A DNA stretch of 64,000 nt from assembly GCA_948945085.1 (NCBI GenBank), contig CARBGY010000002.1, positions 45,065 to 109,064 on the forward strand, in the 5' to 3' direction. Shown one piece after another: positions 40,381 through 50,219 of the stretch (position 1 is its first letter; each line of letters opens with the position of its first letter). Made by a program: the position numbers and the translations under genes. Source of the stretch: an uncultured Candidatus Saccharibacteria bacterium. Lineage in GTDB: Bacteria > Patescibacteriota > Saccharimonadia > Saccharimonadales > Saccharimonadaceae. Under the pieces are notes generated by a model. It searched no databases. It saw only the letters and a program-made list of their open reading frames with translations, and was not told where the DNA came from.

Positions 40381-41456
40381 ATTCTAAAACCTTTCTCTTT
40401 ATCAAATAACTCTGAAAAATTGTATTTTTCAAGCCACGATTCAAGCTGTTTTAGTTCTTCGGGATCGGTTTTCGCGAGAGGTAGTGGGATTTGATGAGCA
40501 AGATAATTTCCAGCGACTTTTTTACCTGCAACTTCTTTTGGTCCAGTTTCGCCTTTTGTAGTACGAAGGATAAAGAAGGGATGCTCGTATTTTTCGGAAG
40601 TTTTTAGCGATTCTTGGAAGAGTTCTGGGTCATCACTAGAAATTTCAAGAGGAACATAGCCGAACCCACGAATTAGCTCATGAAGCTCGCGCTCAGACTT
40701 ACGACCATAAAGCGTTGGCGCGGAGATTTTGTAGCCATTAAGATGAAGGATTGGAAGAACCTTACCATTCGAAAGGTGGTTTCCGACAACTTTTACTAGG
40801 TTCATGGAGCCGAGAGCGGTTGCGGTTTCAAATTCTCCATCACCCAACATAACAGCAACTGTGCGTTCAGGACGTCCAAGACAATATCCATAAGCAGCAC
40901 CTAAAGCATAACCTAGTTCCCCACCTTCGCAGATTACACTCGGAGTAATCGGGCTGGAATGGGACGGGAAGCCTCCTGGCCAGGAAAAGTTACGGCAAAG
41001 ATAAGCAATACCATCTGCATCAAGAGAGGCTTTTGGATCGACTTTTTCGAGGTCGCCATCAATGAATAAATTAGCTTGTAGAGCTGGAAAACCGTGACCG
41101 GGCCCAAGAATAAAGGAGAAGTGTGGGTCGATGACGCTAGTGTCTGGTTCGTAGTCATCAACTTCAGTACGTTTTTGCTCAACTAGGAATGGGTTAATGT
41201 CGTCTAGATTTTTTTTGGGTTTTGGAGTAGGCTGATTACCCTGATCAGTGCTAAAATAAGCGCGGAGGTTAGCATACGCGACATTAATACCATGACAGGT
41301 ACCCCAATGTCCGAGCAGACGGGGTTTAATGTCGTCAGCGATTAGCGGATCCGATAGTAGAAAATTATTTTGCAAAAAGAGCTGTGCAACAACTAGATAG
41401 TCGCAAGCACGAACGCGTCGGCGAATTCGCTCGATAGTATTACCTCGTTGATTCAT
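40377..41456 (-). CDS. xfp: Phosphoketolase, N-terminal half
   Basis: KPRLLGHWGT, GPGHG, FSWPGG..SH, EGGELGY, GDGE.ET, LHLNGYKI, AHQIP. Confidence 0.88.
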   Translation of the reverse strand: MNQRGNTIERIRRRVRACDYLVVAQLFLQNNFLLSDPLIADDIKPRLLGHWGTCHGINVAYANLRAYFSTDQGNQPTPKPKKNLDDINPFLVEQKRTEVDDYEPDTSVIDPHFSFILGPGHGFPALQANLFIDGDLEKVDPKASLDADGIAYLCRNFSWPGGFPSHSSPITPSVICEGGELGYALGAAYGYCLGRPERTVAVMLGDGEFETATALGSMNLVKVVGNHLSNGKVLPILHLNGYKISAPTLYGRKSERELHELIRGFGYVPLEISSDDPELFQESLKTSEKYEHPFFILRTTKGETGPKEVAGKKVAGNYLAHQIPLPLAKTDPEELKQLESWLEKYNFSELFDKEKGFRI

Positions 41457-41544
41457 ATATTCATTGTAACACTTTTTCGACGGCTGCGGAAGAATTACTT
41501 ATGGTTAATCAGTTTAAACTTGAGTTAATACTTATTGCAGAAAA

Positions 41545-42099
41545 CTACTTATGTTTAACTTTAACCATAGCCGCGCGGATGACATTGCCATCATAAAGAT
41601 ATCCTGGCCGTAAAGTTTCCGCTATAACTTCCGTTTCGCCCTCACCTTCAACGGAAATTGCTTCATGAAAATCAGGGTTAAATTCGGTTCCAGGTTGAGA
41701 ATTAATTTTAATAAGATTAAGGCTTGAAAGGGTTTTTTCAAAACTTTTTTGGAGAGGTGCTAGCTGATCGTGGTAGGTTTCTAAAGCTCGTTCAAAATCA
41801 TCAACGAGTGGAAGAAACTTAATAACGGTGGCATACTTTGCGGTAGACATGGCTTGGGTCTTTTGGGCTTCAACTTGTTTACGGTAATTTTCAAAGTCAG
41901 CACGAGTACGTTGAAGATCGTTGGTTAATTCCTCGATTGCGGAATCGATTGATTTATCTTTCTGGGAAGCACTTTTTGTATTAATGTCGTCCATGAAGTT
42001 TGCCATAGCGGCTTCTTCTTCATTAATAACAACACCGTCCTCAGTATTTTCTACTTCTTTAATTTCTTCTTCCAAATCTTCAATTTTAACTTTTTTCAT
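41545..42099 (-). CDS. grpE: Nucleotide exchange factor GrpE
   Basis: RTRADFENYRK, FNPDFHEA, GY...VIRAAMVKV. Confidence 0.95.
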   Translation of the reverse strand: MKKVKIEDLEEEIKEVENTEDGVVINEEEAAMANFMDDINTKSASQKDKSIDSAIEELTNDLQRTRADFENYRKQVEAQKTQAMSTAKYATVIKFLPLVDDFERALETYHDQLAPLQKSFEKTLSSLNLIKINSQPGTEFNPDFHEAISVEGEGETEVIAETLRPGYLYDGNVIRAAMVKVKHK

Positions 42100-42140
42100 A
42101 TTGTCTCCTTTCGATTTATTGGTGTTTCATTCATGAAATT

Positions 42141-42896
42141 TTATTTTAATGTCAATGCTTCTTCTAGCATAACACCAGCACGGCGTACTAAAGACATGAC
42201 TTTGGCATAATTTTGACGTGTCGGACCAAGAATACCGATGTAACTGCGATCGGAGTAAGGCGAGCGGAAACGACTAATGATTAAGGCAACACCAGAAGTT
42301 TTACCAATAGGGTTTTCTTGACCAATAAAGATATTTAGAGCTTGGCCAGGAGCTGCTTCACGTAGCCAGGGCTCGAGGTTATCAAGGAGTTTAGCAACAG
42401 CCTGGACACGTTGGACGTCATAGAATTCCGGCTGCGTAAACAGTCGGGCAATTCCGGAGATATATAGCTGATCACCGATGGTTGCTAAGCCGAGATTGCC
42501 GGTCAGCTCGACAAGCGAATCCACGGCGCCACGAATGGCAAAATCTGCACGGCTTTGGGAGCTAATGCGAACTTCGAGAACACGGTTACCGCGTTCAATG
42601 GGCTTGTCTTGGGAATTTTCCGAGATAGTATGACGCAAAGATTCGACACGGCCCGGCTGTTCAGACAAGGTATTTACGTAATATCGATACCCAGCGTCAG
42701 TCGGGACGCGGCCGGCTGAGGTATGCGGTTGAGCAATGTAGCCATACTCTTCGAGGCGAGCCATTTCGGCACGGATGGTTGCCGAAGAAACCTGAAAAAG
42801 CTTTGCTAAAGTTACACTTCCCACCGGGGCAGCTAGCTCAGCGTATTCTTCGATGATGGCAAACAAGATTCCCTCTTGCCGTTCAGTTAAACTCAT
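42141..42896 (-). CDS. hrcA: Heat-inducible repressor HrcA (short form)
   Basis: LTERQ..IL, PVGS, SSATIR.EM, QPHTSAGRVPT..GYR.YV, GPTR..Y; start moved to ATG 42896. Confidence 0.93.
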   Translation of the reverse strand: MSLTERQEGILFAIIEEYAELAAPVGSVTLAKLFQVSSATIRAEMARLEEYGYIAQPHTSAGRVPTDAGYRYYVNTLSEQPGRVESLRHTISENSQDKPIERGNRVLEVRISSQSRADFAIRGAVDSLVELTGNLGLATIGDQLYISGIARLFTQPEFYDVQRVQAVAKLLDNLEPWLREAAPGQALNIFIGQENPIGKTSGVALIISRFRSPYSDRSYIGILGPTRQNYAKVMSLVRRAGVMLEEALTLK

Positions 42897-42913
42897 GGTT
42901 CCATTATAGCAAG

Positions 42914-42940
42914 TTAGCACTCATAATGCAATAGTGCTAA
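42914..42940. promoter_or_regulatory. CIRCE element
   Basis: TTAGCACTC-N9-TAGTGCTAA, one mismatch to the consensus TTAGCACTC-N9-GAGTGCTAA, directly upstream of hrcA. Confidence 0.93.
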
Positions 42941-43107
42941 GATAATTGTCTAGCTATATAGCTTGCTTAGGAGGTATATCACTAATGAATTTCGTCTATA
43001 ACGAGTATCCTTGTGTTTATTGTGGAGTAATGCGAGATAACGCGCGAAGTAGGTAAACTATAAGTCGACGCGAGTGACAAAAAGTAATTACCTGATATAA
43101 TACTTTT

Positions 43108-43728
43108 ATGGAAGAACAGTTGCAAAAAATTAAAACTTGGTTAGGAACTGGTAGTATAAATATTTTTGGACTACCAATGAGCGGAAAGGATACAGTGGGA
43201 ATTCGTCTGGCGGAAAGGTTAGGTGCAAAATTCTTATCGTCAGGCATTATTGTGCGCGCTATTGAGGAGGCAACTAATCAAGGTGTAACACATGGAGGAA
43301 AATTAATTCCGTCGAACTTGTTTTATGATTGGGTCTTACCGTATTTTGAGAAGCCTGAACTTCGCGAGTACCCTTTGATATTATCGTCAATTGGTCGGTG
43401 GGAAGGCGAAGAGGATCAAGTGATGAGTGTGGCGAAATTAAGCTATCATCCAATAAAAGCAGTAGTGATGTTACAACTCGCAGAGTCTGACGTGATTGAG
43501 CGTTGGGAAGCGGCAAAATTACTAAATGATAGAGGATTAAGACCGGATGATGCGGACCCAGAGGTTTTTCAGACCCGCATTAATGAATATCGTGAGAAAA
43601 CTTTGCCAGTCCTCAAACATTATCAAGAATTAGGGCTTCTTGTGCCGGTCCGAGCGAGCGCACCGCGCGATCAGGTATTCCAGAATGTAGTAGAAGCGTT
43701 GGCGAATTTTGCGAGCCAGACGCATTAG
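43108..43728 (+). CDS. Adenylate-kinase-family nucleoside monophosphate kinase
   Basis: GLPMSGKDT P-loop, G.LIP, R.DD, T.PVL..Y. Confidence 0.8.
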   Translation: MEEQLQKIKTWLGTGSINIFGLPMSGKDTVGIRLAERLGAKFLSSGIIVRAIEEATNQGVTHGGKLIPSNLFYDWVLPYFEKPELREYPLILSSIGRWEGEEDQVMSVAKLSYHPIKAVVMLQLAESDVIERWEAAKLLNDRGLRPDDADPEVFQTRINEYREKTLPVLKHYQELGLLVPVRASAPRDQVFQNVVEALANFASQTH

Positions 43729-45342
43729 CTCGTGTCGGTATTGGAAAATAATGTATATAACACCGCAGGCGATAAGTATCAGAACAATACCGAAAGCCAC
43801 AAAGCTTTTCTTGTCGGAGTAGGTGTTCGGGACAAGAGCGTACCCAGCGCCGTCATTGGTTGAGGTAATCTTACGGCAACGATTAGTTTCGGGGTTACGT
43901 TCGTAGCCTTCGGCACAAGGTTTTAGCTCAGTTGAGGAAGAATCTATGTTTTTACAGCGTCCGGTTAGAGGGTTACGGTATTTACCTGCGGGGCAGTCGG
44001 TCTGTGCGGATGCAGTAGATGTAACTTTTACACAATTACCTGTAGCAGGGTTAATAGTTTTTCCGGTTTCGCAAGTCTGATATTCTTGATAGACATTCTG
44101 AGTAGCTGGGGTAATGGCGTATGTAATTTGCCAGTTTTCTTCACCTTTAGTGTCATAAAACTTTGCAAAACTGGCGTTTTTCTTTTGACCATGCGGATAA
44201 GTTATCAGGTCGATAACTCGGCCATTCGAGTCAATCAATTCGATGGTATTTGTGGAAGTAGGATTTTTAGTAAATGTGAACGGAACTTCAGCAGTCTGGG
44301 GTGAAAAAATGAAGTAAGAATCACTAAGAATTGCTCCAGAGAGCGCATAGGTCTTTTTCTTGTAGCGAAGGCTGCATGAATCTAATGAAATTGTTTCGTT
44401 GGTTGGGTTATGGAGCTCAAGGAATTGTTCGTATTTATCATTTGCATAATAAGTAAAGATTTCGGTAATTTCGAGACCATAGCAAGTGGTTTGAGAAGTT
44501 GAATCGTCAGCTGGTTCGTTAGGGTTTTCGGGGACACTTGGTTCAGGCGGGAAGATTAGGTTAGGTTGTGACGGATCGTAACTAGGCACGTACACCAATA
44601 GATGTTCAAACATATTACTATTCTCAAGACGAACCAGCGTGGTGGGGTTATTACTAGTAAAGGCTTCTAGGCAGGGGCTAGATTTTTTATCACTCCAGCA
44701 AACGCTATCCATAACTGTATCATTATAATATAGTTCAATGGCACCGTTCGACATCGATAAAGTTGTTGAATAAGTCAAATCAGTGTCCTCACCACTCGAT
44801 GTCCGCGCGAGACGCATGAGGAGAGTTTCGCCGGCTAGTTCAGTACCCTCAGAAAAGTCAATAAGGGTCGTTGTATTGCCGCTACTATTAGTGTAGCGTA
44901 CTGAATAGCCAGCGAGCGAAAGAGTATGAGGAGTAGTGCGGCGAAGTTCGATCAACTCACCGACATCACGGGTGACATCTTTGTCAGTATAACCAGGATT
45001 GATGGCATTAATAATTAAATCGGAACTATATACAAAATCTTCTGGATTGACTACTGGTAAATCAGGATCTGGCAACGGTTGCTCGACATCATCAGAAGCA
45101 ATGTCGTTGCGATTTAAGAGTAAGGCTGAATCATGGTCTAAACTTTTATTATTAAGTTGGTTGAGATTTTGAGAAACGGTATTGTCAACTTGTTGAACTG
45201 TTAAGGTCGATCGATTATTGATATCGTAAACTTGATTAGATATGCTAATCGTATTCTGCCAGAAACTTGCGATGGGAAGCGTCGCAATTATCATAAATAA
45301 TACGCTAGATTTTCTAAAAAGATGTGACAGTTTTTGCTTCAT
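43630..45342 (-). CDS. Surface protein with two lamin-tail-like domains, three Cys-pair repeats and a C-terminal TM
   Basis: LIINAINPG...ELIEL and LEITEIF...QFLELHN; C..G..(I/R)NP.T..C x3; start moved to ATG 45342. Confidence 0.7.
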   Translation of the reverse strand: MKQKLSHLFRKSSVLFMIIATLPIASFWQNTISISNQVYDINNRSTLTVQQVDNTVSQNLNQLNNKSLDHDSALLLNRNDIASDDVEQPLPDPDLPVVNPEDFVYSSDLIINAINPGYTDKDVTRDVGELIELRRTTPHTLSLAGYSVRYTNSSGNTTTLIDFSEGTELAGETLLMRLARTSSGEDTDLTYSTTLSMSNGAIELYYNDTVMDSVCWSDKKSSPCLEAFTSNNPTTLVRLENSNMFEHLLVYVPSYDPSQPNLIFPPEPSVPENPNEPADDSTSQTTCYGLEITEIFTYYANDKYEQFLELHNPTNETISLDSCSLRYKKKTYALSGAILSDSYFIFSPQTAEVPFTFTKNPTSTNTIELIDSNGRVIDLITYPHGQKKNASFAKFYDTKGEENWQITYAITPATQNVYQEYQTCETGKTINPATGNCVKVTSTASAQTDCPAGKYRNPLTGRCKNIDSSSTELKPCAEGYERNPETNRCRKITSTNDGAGYALVPNTYSDKKSFVAFGIVLILIACGVIYIIFQYRHELMRLARKIRQRFYYILEYLIARCARSDRHKKP

Positions 45343-45507
45343 GACTGGAGCATAGCATGGATTGTTTTTTAAATGCAATCATAAGCGTTATTATTTCATG
45401 AAACACTGCCGTTGATGAGTATTTTTTAAAAATGCCCCCTCTTAGGGTAGCATAGAATTAATTATAGTTACAAGCACAAGTCTGTTAAGTTATGTTATTA
45501 TAGTATT

Positions 45508-46200
45508 ATGGATATGGTAATTCCATTTAGTGAGGTGTTTTTAGCAGCAGTTGTTCATGCTAGCTTGCAGTTATCTTTGGGTTCACTTTTGTTGCTTTAT
45601 CATGCAAGTCTTGGAAAGCATGTTAAAAAGAAGACAAAGTATCTTGTTGATAGTTTTATTGTGGGCATTGGAACTTTGGTTTTTCTGATCCTTTCGACAG
45701 TGATTTTTCTGTTGGGGGGATATTTTGAGAAACCTTTATATATTGAAGAGTTAACGATCGTAGTAGGAATGTTGGTTGCCCTCGCAATTTTAGTTTGGTT
45801 TTTTTATTATCGACGTGGGAAAAGTACGGAACTTTGGTTGCCGAGAAGTGTAGCGAGATTTATTGATCGGCGTGCAAAGTTAACTAATAGTAATACAGAG
45901 GCATTTTCGCTGGGAATGTTAACGAGTTTAGCGGAGATGCCATTTACTTTAATATTATTTGTGGTTGCGGCAAACAGTATCCTTACACTCCCATCGCTAT
46001 ATCAAATTTTGGCAGTTGTAATGTATACAGTAATAACTATTATTCCCCCATTAATTATGAGGTTTATTATTCAAAAAGGTAAGACCGTAGTGAGCGTGCA
46101 AAGGTGGCGGGTAAAACATAAAGTTTTTTTCAGATTGCTGAGCTGTGTTGGATTTTTGGTTCTGGGGTTTTTCCTATTTAGTTTTGAGGTTCTCAAATGA
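45508..46200 (+). CDS. Multi-pass membrane protein
   Basis: 230-aa hydrophobic ORF, about 6 TMs. Confidence 0.75.
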   Translation: MDMVIPFSEVFLAAVVHASLQLSLGSLLLLYHASLGKHVKKKTKYLVDSFIVGIGTLVFLILSTVIFLLGGYFEKPLYIEELTIVVGMLVALAILVWFFYYRRGKSTELWLPRSVARFIDRRAKLTNSNTEAFSLGMLTSLAEMPFTLILFVVAANSILTLPSLYQILAVVMYTVITIIPPLIMRFIIQKGKTVVSVQRWRVKHKVFFRLLSCVGFLVLGFFLFSFEVLK

Positions 46201-46562
46201 CGAAAAAAGACAATCAAAAAACAACCACTTCAAACAAACAGCGTTTGAAAAAAACAGTACATGAGCTGAAAGATAAGGTATTAGAGAAAGCTGACAAGAT
46301 TAGTAAACGAAATAATATTCAACTAATAGTTTTTAATGAGCAGTCGATACAAGAAGATATTTTAAGAGAAGCAAAAGTGTTAAAAAAGTCCACAAAGACA
46401 GTTGAAATTTTCGCGCCAAAAGTCGCAAAAGAGGTTGGAAAATGGGCGAATAAAAGAGCGGCGGTGACGGTAGGTGATATAGATCGAAGAATTGCTAGAG
46501 AAATTGAGAGGTATGATATTGATTTAGCTTATGTTTTTGGAAATCGTGGTAAAATAATATAA
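46197..46562 (+). CDS. Hypothetical basic protein
   Basis: 121-aa ORF, ATGA-coupled to the upstream gene. Confidence 0.65.
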   Translation: MTKKDNQKTTTSNKQRLKKTVHELKDKVLEKADKISKRNNIQLIVFNEQSIQEDILREAKVLKKSTKTVEIFAPKVAKEVGKWANKRAAVTVGDIDRRIAREIERYDIDLAYVFGNRGKII

Positions 46563-46578
46563 ATGGTGGGTCAGTGTA

Positions 46579-47940
46579 ATGAGTAGGTTTGATTATCAAT
46601 ACGTTGTAATTGGTAGCGGTGCGGCAGGAAGTGCGGCGGCATTGATGGCGGCTGGGCTTGGTGCGCATACCGCGATCGTTGAGGCTGATCGTTGGGGAGG
46701 AACAACACTCAACTATCGTGATATTCCTTATGCAGCAGCATTAGGATTTGCACAGCGATATGCTGAAGCTGTAGCAGGTTCACGTTTTGGAATGTCGAGT
46801 GCGAATTTAAGATTTAATTATCCAACCGTACTGAACTGGCAGGCGGCAGCCGTAAGAAGAGCTGGTGGCGGAAACCGGAAGGTTTTTGAGAATGCAGGCA
46901 TCGATTACTACCACGGATTTGCGCAATTTATTAGTTCGCATGAAATTGCAGTAGGGGATAAGCAGATTAGTAGTGAAAAGTTTTTAATTGCGACCGGGAC
47001 GAATGTTGGTATTAATGGGATTACAGGCATTGATACTGTAAGCTGTTGGTCGCCGAATACGGCGCTTAGGATGGCAAAATTGCCGAGAGTAATGATGGTA
47101 ATTGGAGGTGGTTCGACCGGGTGTGAAATTGCGGAGTATTTTGCAGCACTGGGGGTTGAAGTTCTAATCGCCGAGGCGCAAGATCGGATTTTGCCTCGAG
47201 AGGATCCTGAAGCGAGTGAAGTAATCGAGAAGCATCTTAAGGATCGTTTTGGTGTTAAGGTTTTGACTGATTCGAGAGTAGTGGCGTTGCAGCGTGATAA
47301 TGAGGGACAACAAGTGATTTTCGTGCGTGGAAGTCAAGAAAAGTCAGTGCGCGTAGAGGCAATCGTGCTAGCAACAACAACTGAACCATCAACAGACATT
47401 GGTTTAGAAAATGCAGGTGTTAAATATTCTTATCGAGGAATTCAGGTCGATCAAAACCTGCGGACCACAAATCGTCACATTTGGGCAGCTGGCGATGTAA
47501 TTGGAGGAGAAAGTTCGACCGAAAAAGCAACTTATGAAGGAAAGCTTGCAACATTAAATGCGATTAGTAATGCCGGTAATATTGTTAATTACACGGGTTT
47601 TATACGAATGACAGATACGCTGCCGAAAGTTGCTAAAGTTGGGCTAAACGAAATAGAGTGTGCACAATTGAAAGAGAAGCAAAAGTCGGCATTAGTGCCA
47701 CTTGAGGCAATTAGTGCCGCAAATACCAATGATTTTCGAGCGGGTTTTGTAAAGTTGACAATTAATGCAAAGAGTCAAGTACTTGGTGCGACCGTGGTTT
47801 CTCCAGATGCAGATTTAGTCATTCAAGAAATTGCTCTAGCACTAAGGGCTGGTATGCAAGCATCTGAGCTCGCTGGAACACCGCATGTGGCGACGGGATG
47901 GGCAGAAGCTGTGCGAATGGCAGCAAGAGAGCTGTCGTAA
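46579..47940 (+). CDS. Class I pyridine nucleotide-disulfide oxidoreductase-like flavoprotein lacking the redox cysteines
   Basis: VIGSGAAG, ATG, IGGG.TG.E, WAAGD; GGTTLNYRDIP in place of GGTCLN.GCIP. Confidence 0.8.
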   Translation: MSRFDYQYVVIGSGAAGSAAALMAAGLGAHTAIVEADRWGGTTLNYRDIPYAAALGFAQRYAEAVAGSRFGMSSANLRFNYPTVLNWQAAAVRRAGGGNRKVFENAGIDYYHGFAQFISSHEIAVGDKQISSEKFLIATGTNVGINGITGIDTVSCWSPNTALRMAKLPRVMMVIGGGSTGCEIAEYFAALGVEVLIAEAQDRILPREDPEASEVIEKHLKDRFGVKVLTDSRVVALQRDNEGQQVIFVRGSQEKSVRVEAIVLATTTEPSTDIGLENAGVKYSYRGIQVDQNLRTTNRHIWAAGDVIGGESSTEKATYEGKLATLNAISNAGNIVNYTGFIRMTDTLPKVAKVGLNEIECAQLKEKQKSALVPLEAISAANTNDFRAGFVKLTINAKSQVLGATVVSPDADLVIQEIALALRAGMQASELAGTPHVATGWAEAVRMAARELS

Positions 47941-47970
47941 AAGTTTAGCGAGGTATGCTATTTACTCGCA

Positions 47971-48912
47971 CTAGCCTTGAACGATAGTTCCAGCGCGACG
48001 TTTAAGGCTGAGTTCGAGGTTTTCTGGTGATGTAATAATACCAATACGTTTTTTACTAGCAAAGCTAGAAGCGGCCTGGATTTTTGGTAGCATGGAGCCG
48101 ACACCGAAATGGCCCGCTTTGATATGCGCAGTAACTTCGGCTGGCGTTAACATACCGAGCGCGATTTGGTCAGGTTGGCCATAATTTAGGTAAGCATTCG
48201 GCACAGCAGTAACAGAAACAAAGATATCAGCTTTAATTAATTCGGCAAGTTTAGCAGCGGCAAGATCTTTATCTATGACAGCATCAACACCTCGAAGAAT
48301 TTTTAGCACCTTAGAACGCGTCACTGGAATACCTCCTCCACCAACGGCAATAACAATGGTGCCATTTTGAACAAGCGACATGATTTCTTTGCGTTCGACA
48401 ATGTCTATGGGTTTGGGCGACGGAACGACACGACGATAACCGCGCCCAGAATCTTCGCGCATTTCCCAGCCGCGAGTTTTCGCAAGTTTTAAAGCTTGTT
48501 TGGCGGTATAAAACTCACCGATCGGCTTAGTTGGACGACGAAAAGCTGGGTCGTCGCGATTAACAACAACCTGAGTTACGATACTGACAACTTTGCGCCC
48601 TTGTCGATTGCGCGCGAAAGCATTATCAATTGCTTGAGAAAGCCAGTAACCAATCTGGCCTTGACTCATAGCAACAGCAGTTTCTAATGGCATTGCTGGA
48701 GCGGTTTTTGTGTTTCCAATTTCTTCATGAATTAAAATATTACCAACTTGAGGTCCGTTGCCGTGAGCAATAACGATCTCGTATTGTTCGGAAAGTTTGG
48801 CAATAGTTTGACCAATCTTTTCAGCAACGGATTTTTGTGCTTCGGCAGTAACTTCACCATTTCGTTGCAAGGCATTGCCACCTAATGCAATCACGACGCG
48901 AGTTTTACTCAT
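47971..48912 (-). CDS. arcC: Carbamate kinase
   Basis: ALGGNAL, HGNGPQVG, PTKPIG, RRVVPSP, GGGGIPV, AVIDKD, GSMLPKI. Confidence 0.95.
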   Translation of the reverse strand: MSKTRVVIALGGNALQRNGEVTAEAQKSVAEKIGQTIAKLSEQYEIVIAHGNGPQVGNILIHEEIGNTKTAPAMPLETAVAMSQGQIGYWLSQAIDNAFARNRQGRKVVSIVTQVVVNRDDPAFRRPTKPIGEFYTAKQALKLAKTRGWEMREDSGRGYRRVVPSPKPIDIVERKEIMSLVQNGTIVIAVGGGGIPVTRSKVLKILRGVDAVIDKDLAAAKLAELIKADIFVSVTAVPNAYLNYGQPDQIALGMLTPAEVTAHIKAGHFGVGSMLPKIQAASSFASKKRIGIITSPENLELSLKRRAGTIVQG

Positions 48913-48949
48913 GTTATAAAGTATAAGCTAAAAATAGCTTTTTGGCAAT

Positions 48950-50206
48950 TTAAAAACCGGGTTTTCCTAGAAGGCGAAACATATTTTTCTTATACGCTTC
49001 AACGCCTGGCTGGTCGAAAGGGTTTATATTGCTAAGTTTAGCAGACAGAGCACAACTTAGTTCAAAGAAATATACTAAAGCTCCAAAAGATTTAGTAGAA
49101 AAGTCTGGAATAATGAGCTCGTCAACCGGTATGCCACCGTCACGGTGAGCTTGGATGGTAGCCTTCATCGCTACTCGGTTGATTTCGTCGAGAGTCCTAC
49201 CCTCTAAATACTGTAAGCCGTCTAGGTTTGAAGATAAGTGCGGAATTCTTAATTCCCTTTCTTGGAGCGAACTTATTTGGAAATTTAAAATGGTTTCGAA
49301 AATATTTCGACGCCCTTCTTGAAGATATTGGCCAAGAGAATGAAGATCGGTAGTATAAGTGGTTGCGGCGGGAAAAATTCCTTGACGATGCTTTCCTTCA
49401 GATTCGCCAAAAAGTTGTTTCCACCACTCGGCAAAATAACAAAGCGAGGGCTCAAAGCTAGCTAGAACTTCGACATCAAAATTTTGCTCTAGTAGTTGAT
49501 GACGAAAAGTAGCATACTCGGCAGCTGGAAGTTTTTCTGGGGAATTTTGTTGTTCGATGACTTGCTGAAACTCAAGATCGGCGCCAGCTAACAACTCATC
49601 AATTTCAATGCCTGCCACAGCAAGTGGTAATAAACCTACAGAACTTAAAACTGAGTAACGACCACCAATGTTATCTGGCACAATGAATCGATTATAACCA
49701 CAGGAGACGGCTTCTTCATAGAGTGCGCCTTTTTTAGAATCAGTGGTTGCATAAATGCGTTTGTGATAGTTGTCACCGTATTTCTGGATTAACTTTTCTT
49801 TTAACATGCGGAAAGCTATGGCTGGTTCGATGGTAGTACCAGATTTGGAAATAATGTTAATCGAAAAATCTGCATCGCCGAGTACATTAAGTACATTAAT
49901 CAGCTCGCGTGAGCTTAGTGAGCTACCAGCATAAAGGATTTTGGTTCGGCTATCAGGATGCAATGCCTCAATGAGGGCGCGATGACCAAGATAAGAACCT
50001 CCGATGCCAATACAGACAAGAAACTTAGAAGTGGATTGGATTTCTTTAGAACAGGATTTAATTTTTTGAAGCTCATCATGGCGGTTTACTTGTGGTAAAG
50101 CAAACCAGCCACCCATAGGGTCAGTTTTAATCTCTTGTAAGTAGGTAGTAATTCGCTCTGAATCAACTTGATAATCTTGTTCAGAATTAGAGCGAAACTC
50201 GATCAT
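48950..50206 (-). CDS. pgi: Glucose-6-phosphate isomerase
   Basis: GIGGSYLG, SKSGTT.E, GGRYSV, QLFGESEGK, NPFDQPGVEAYK. Confidence 0.96.
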   Translation of the reverse strand: MIEFRSNSEQDYQVDSERITTYLQEIKTDPMGGWFALPQVNRHDELQKIKSCSKEIQSTSKFLVCIGIGGSYLGHRALIEALHPDSRTKILYAGSSLSSRELINVLNVLGDADFSINIISKSGTTIEPAIAFRMLKEKLIQKYGDNYHKRIYATTDSKKGALYEEAVSCGYNRFIVPDNIGGRYSVLSSVGLLPLAVAGIEIDELLAGADLEFQQVIEQQNSPEKLPAAEYATFRHQLLEQNFDVEVLASFEPSLCYFAEWWKQLFGESEGKHRQGIFPAATTYTTDLHSLGQYLQEGRRNIFETILNFQISSLQERELRIPHLSSNLDGLQYLEGRTLDEINRVAMKATIQAHRDGGIPVDELIIPDFSTKSFGALVYFFELSCALSAKLSNINPFDQPGVEAYKKNMFRLLGKPGF

Positions 50207-50219
50207 TGATATAACCTAC

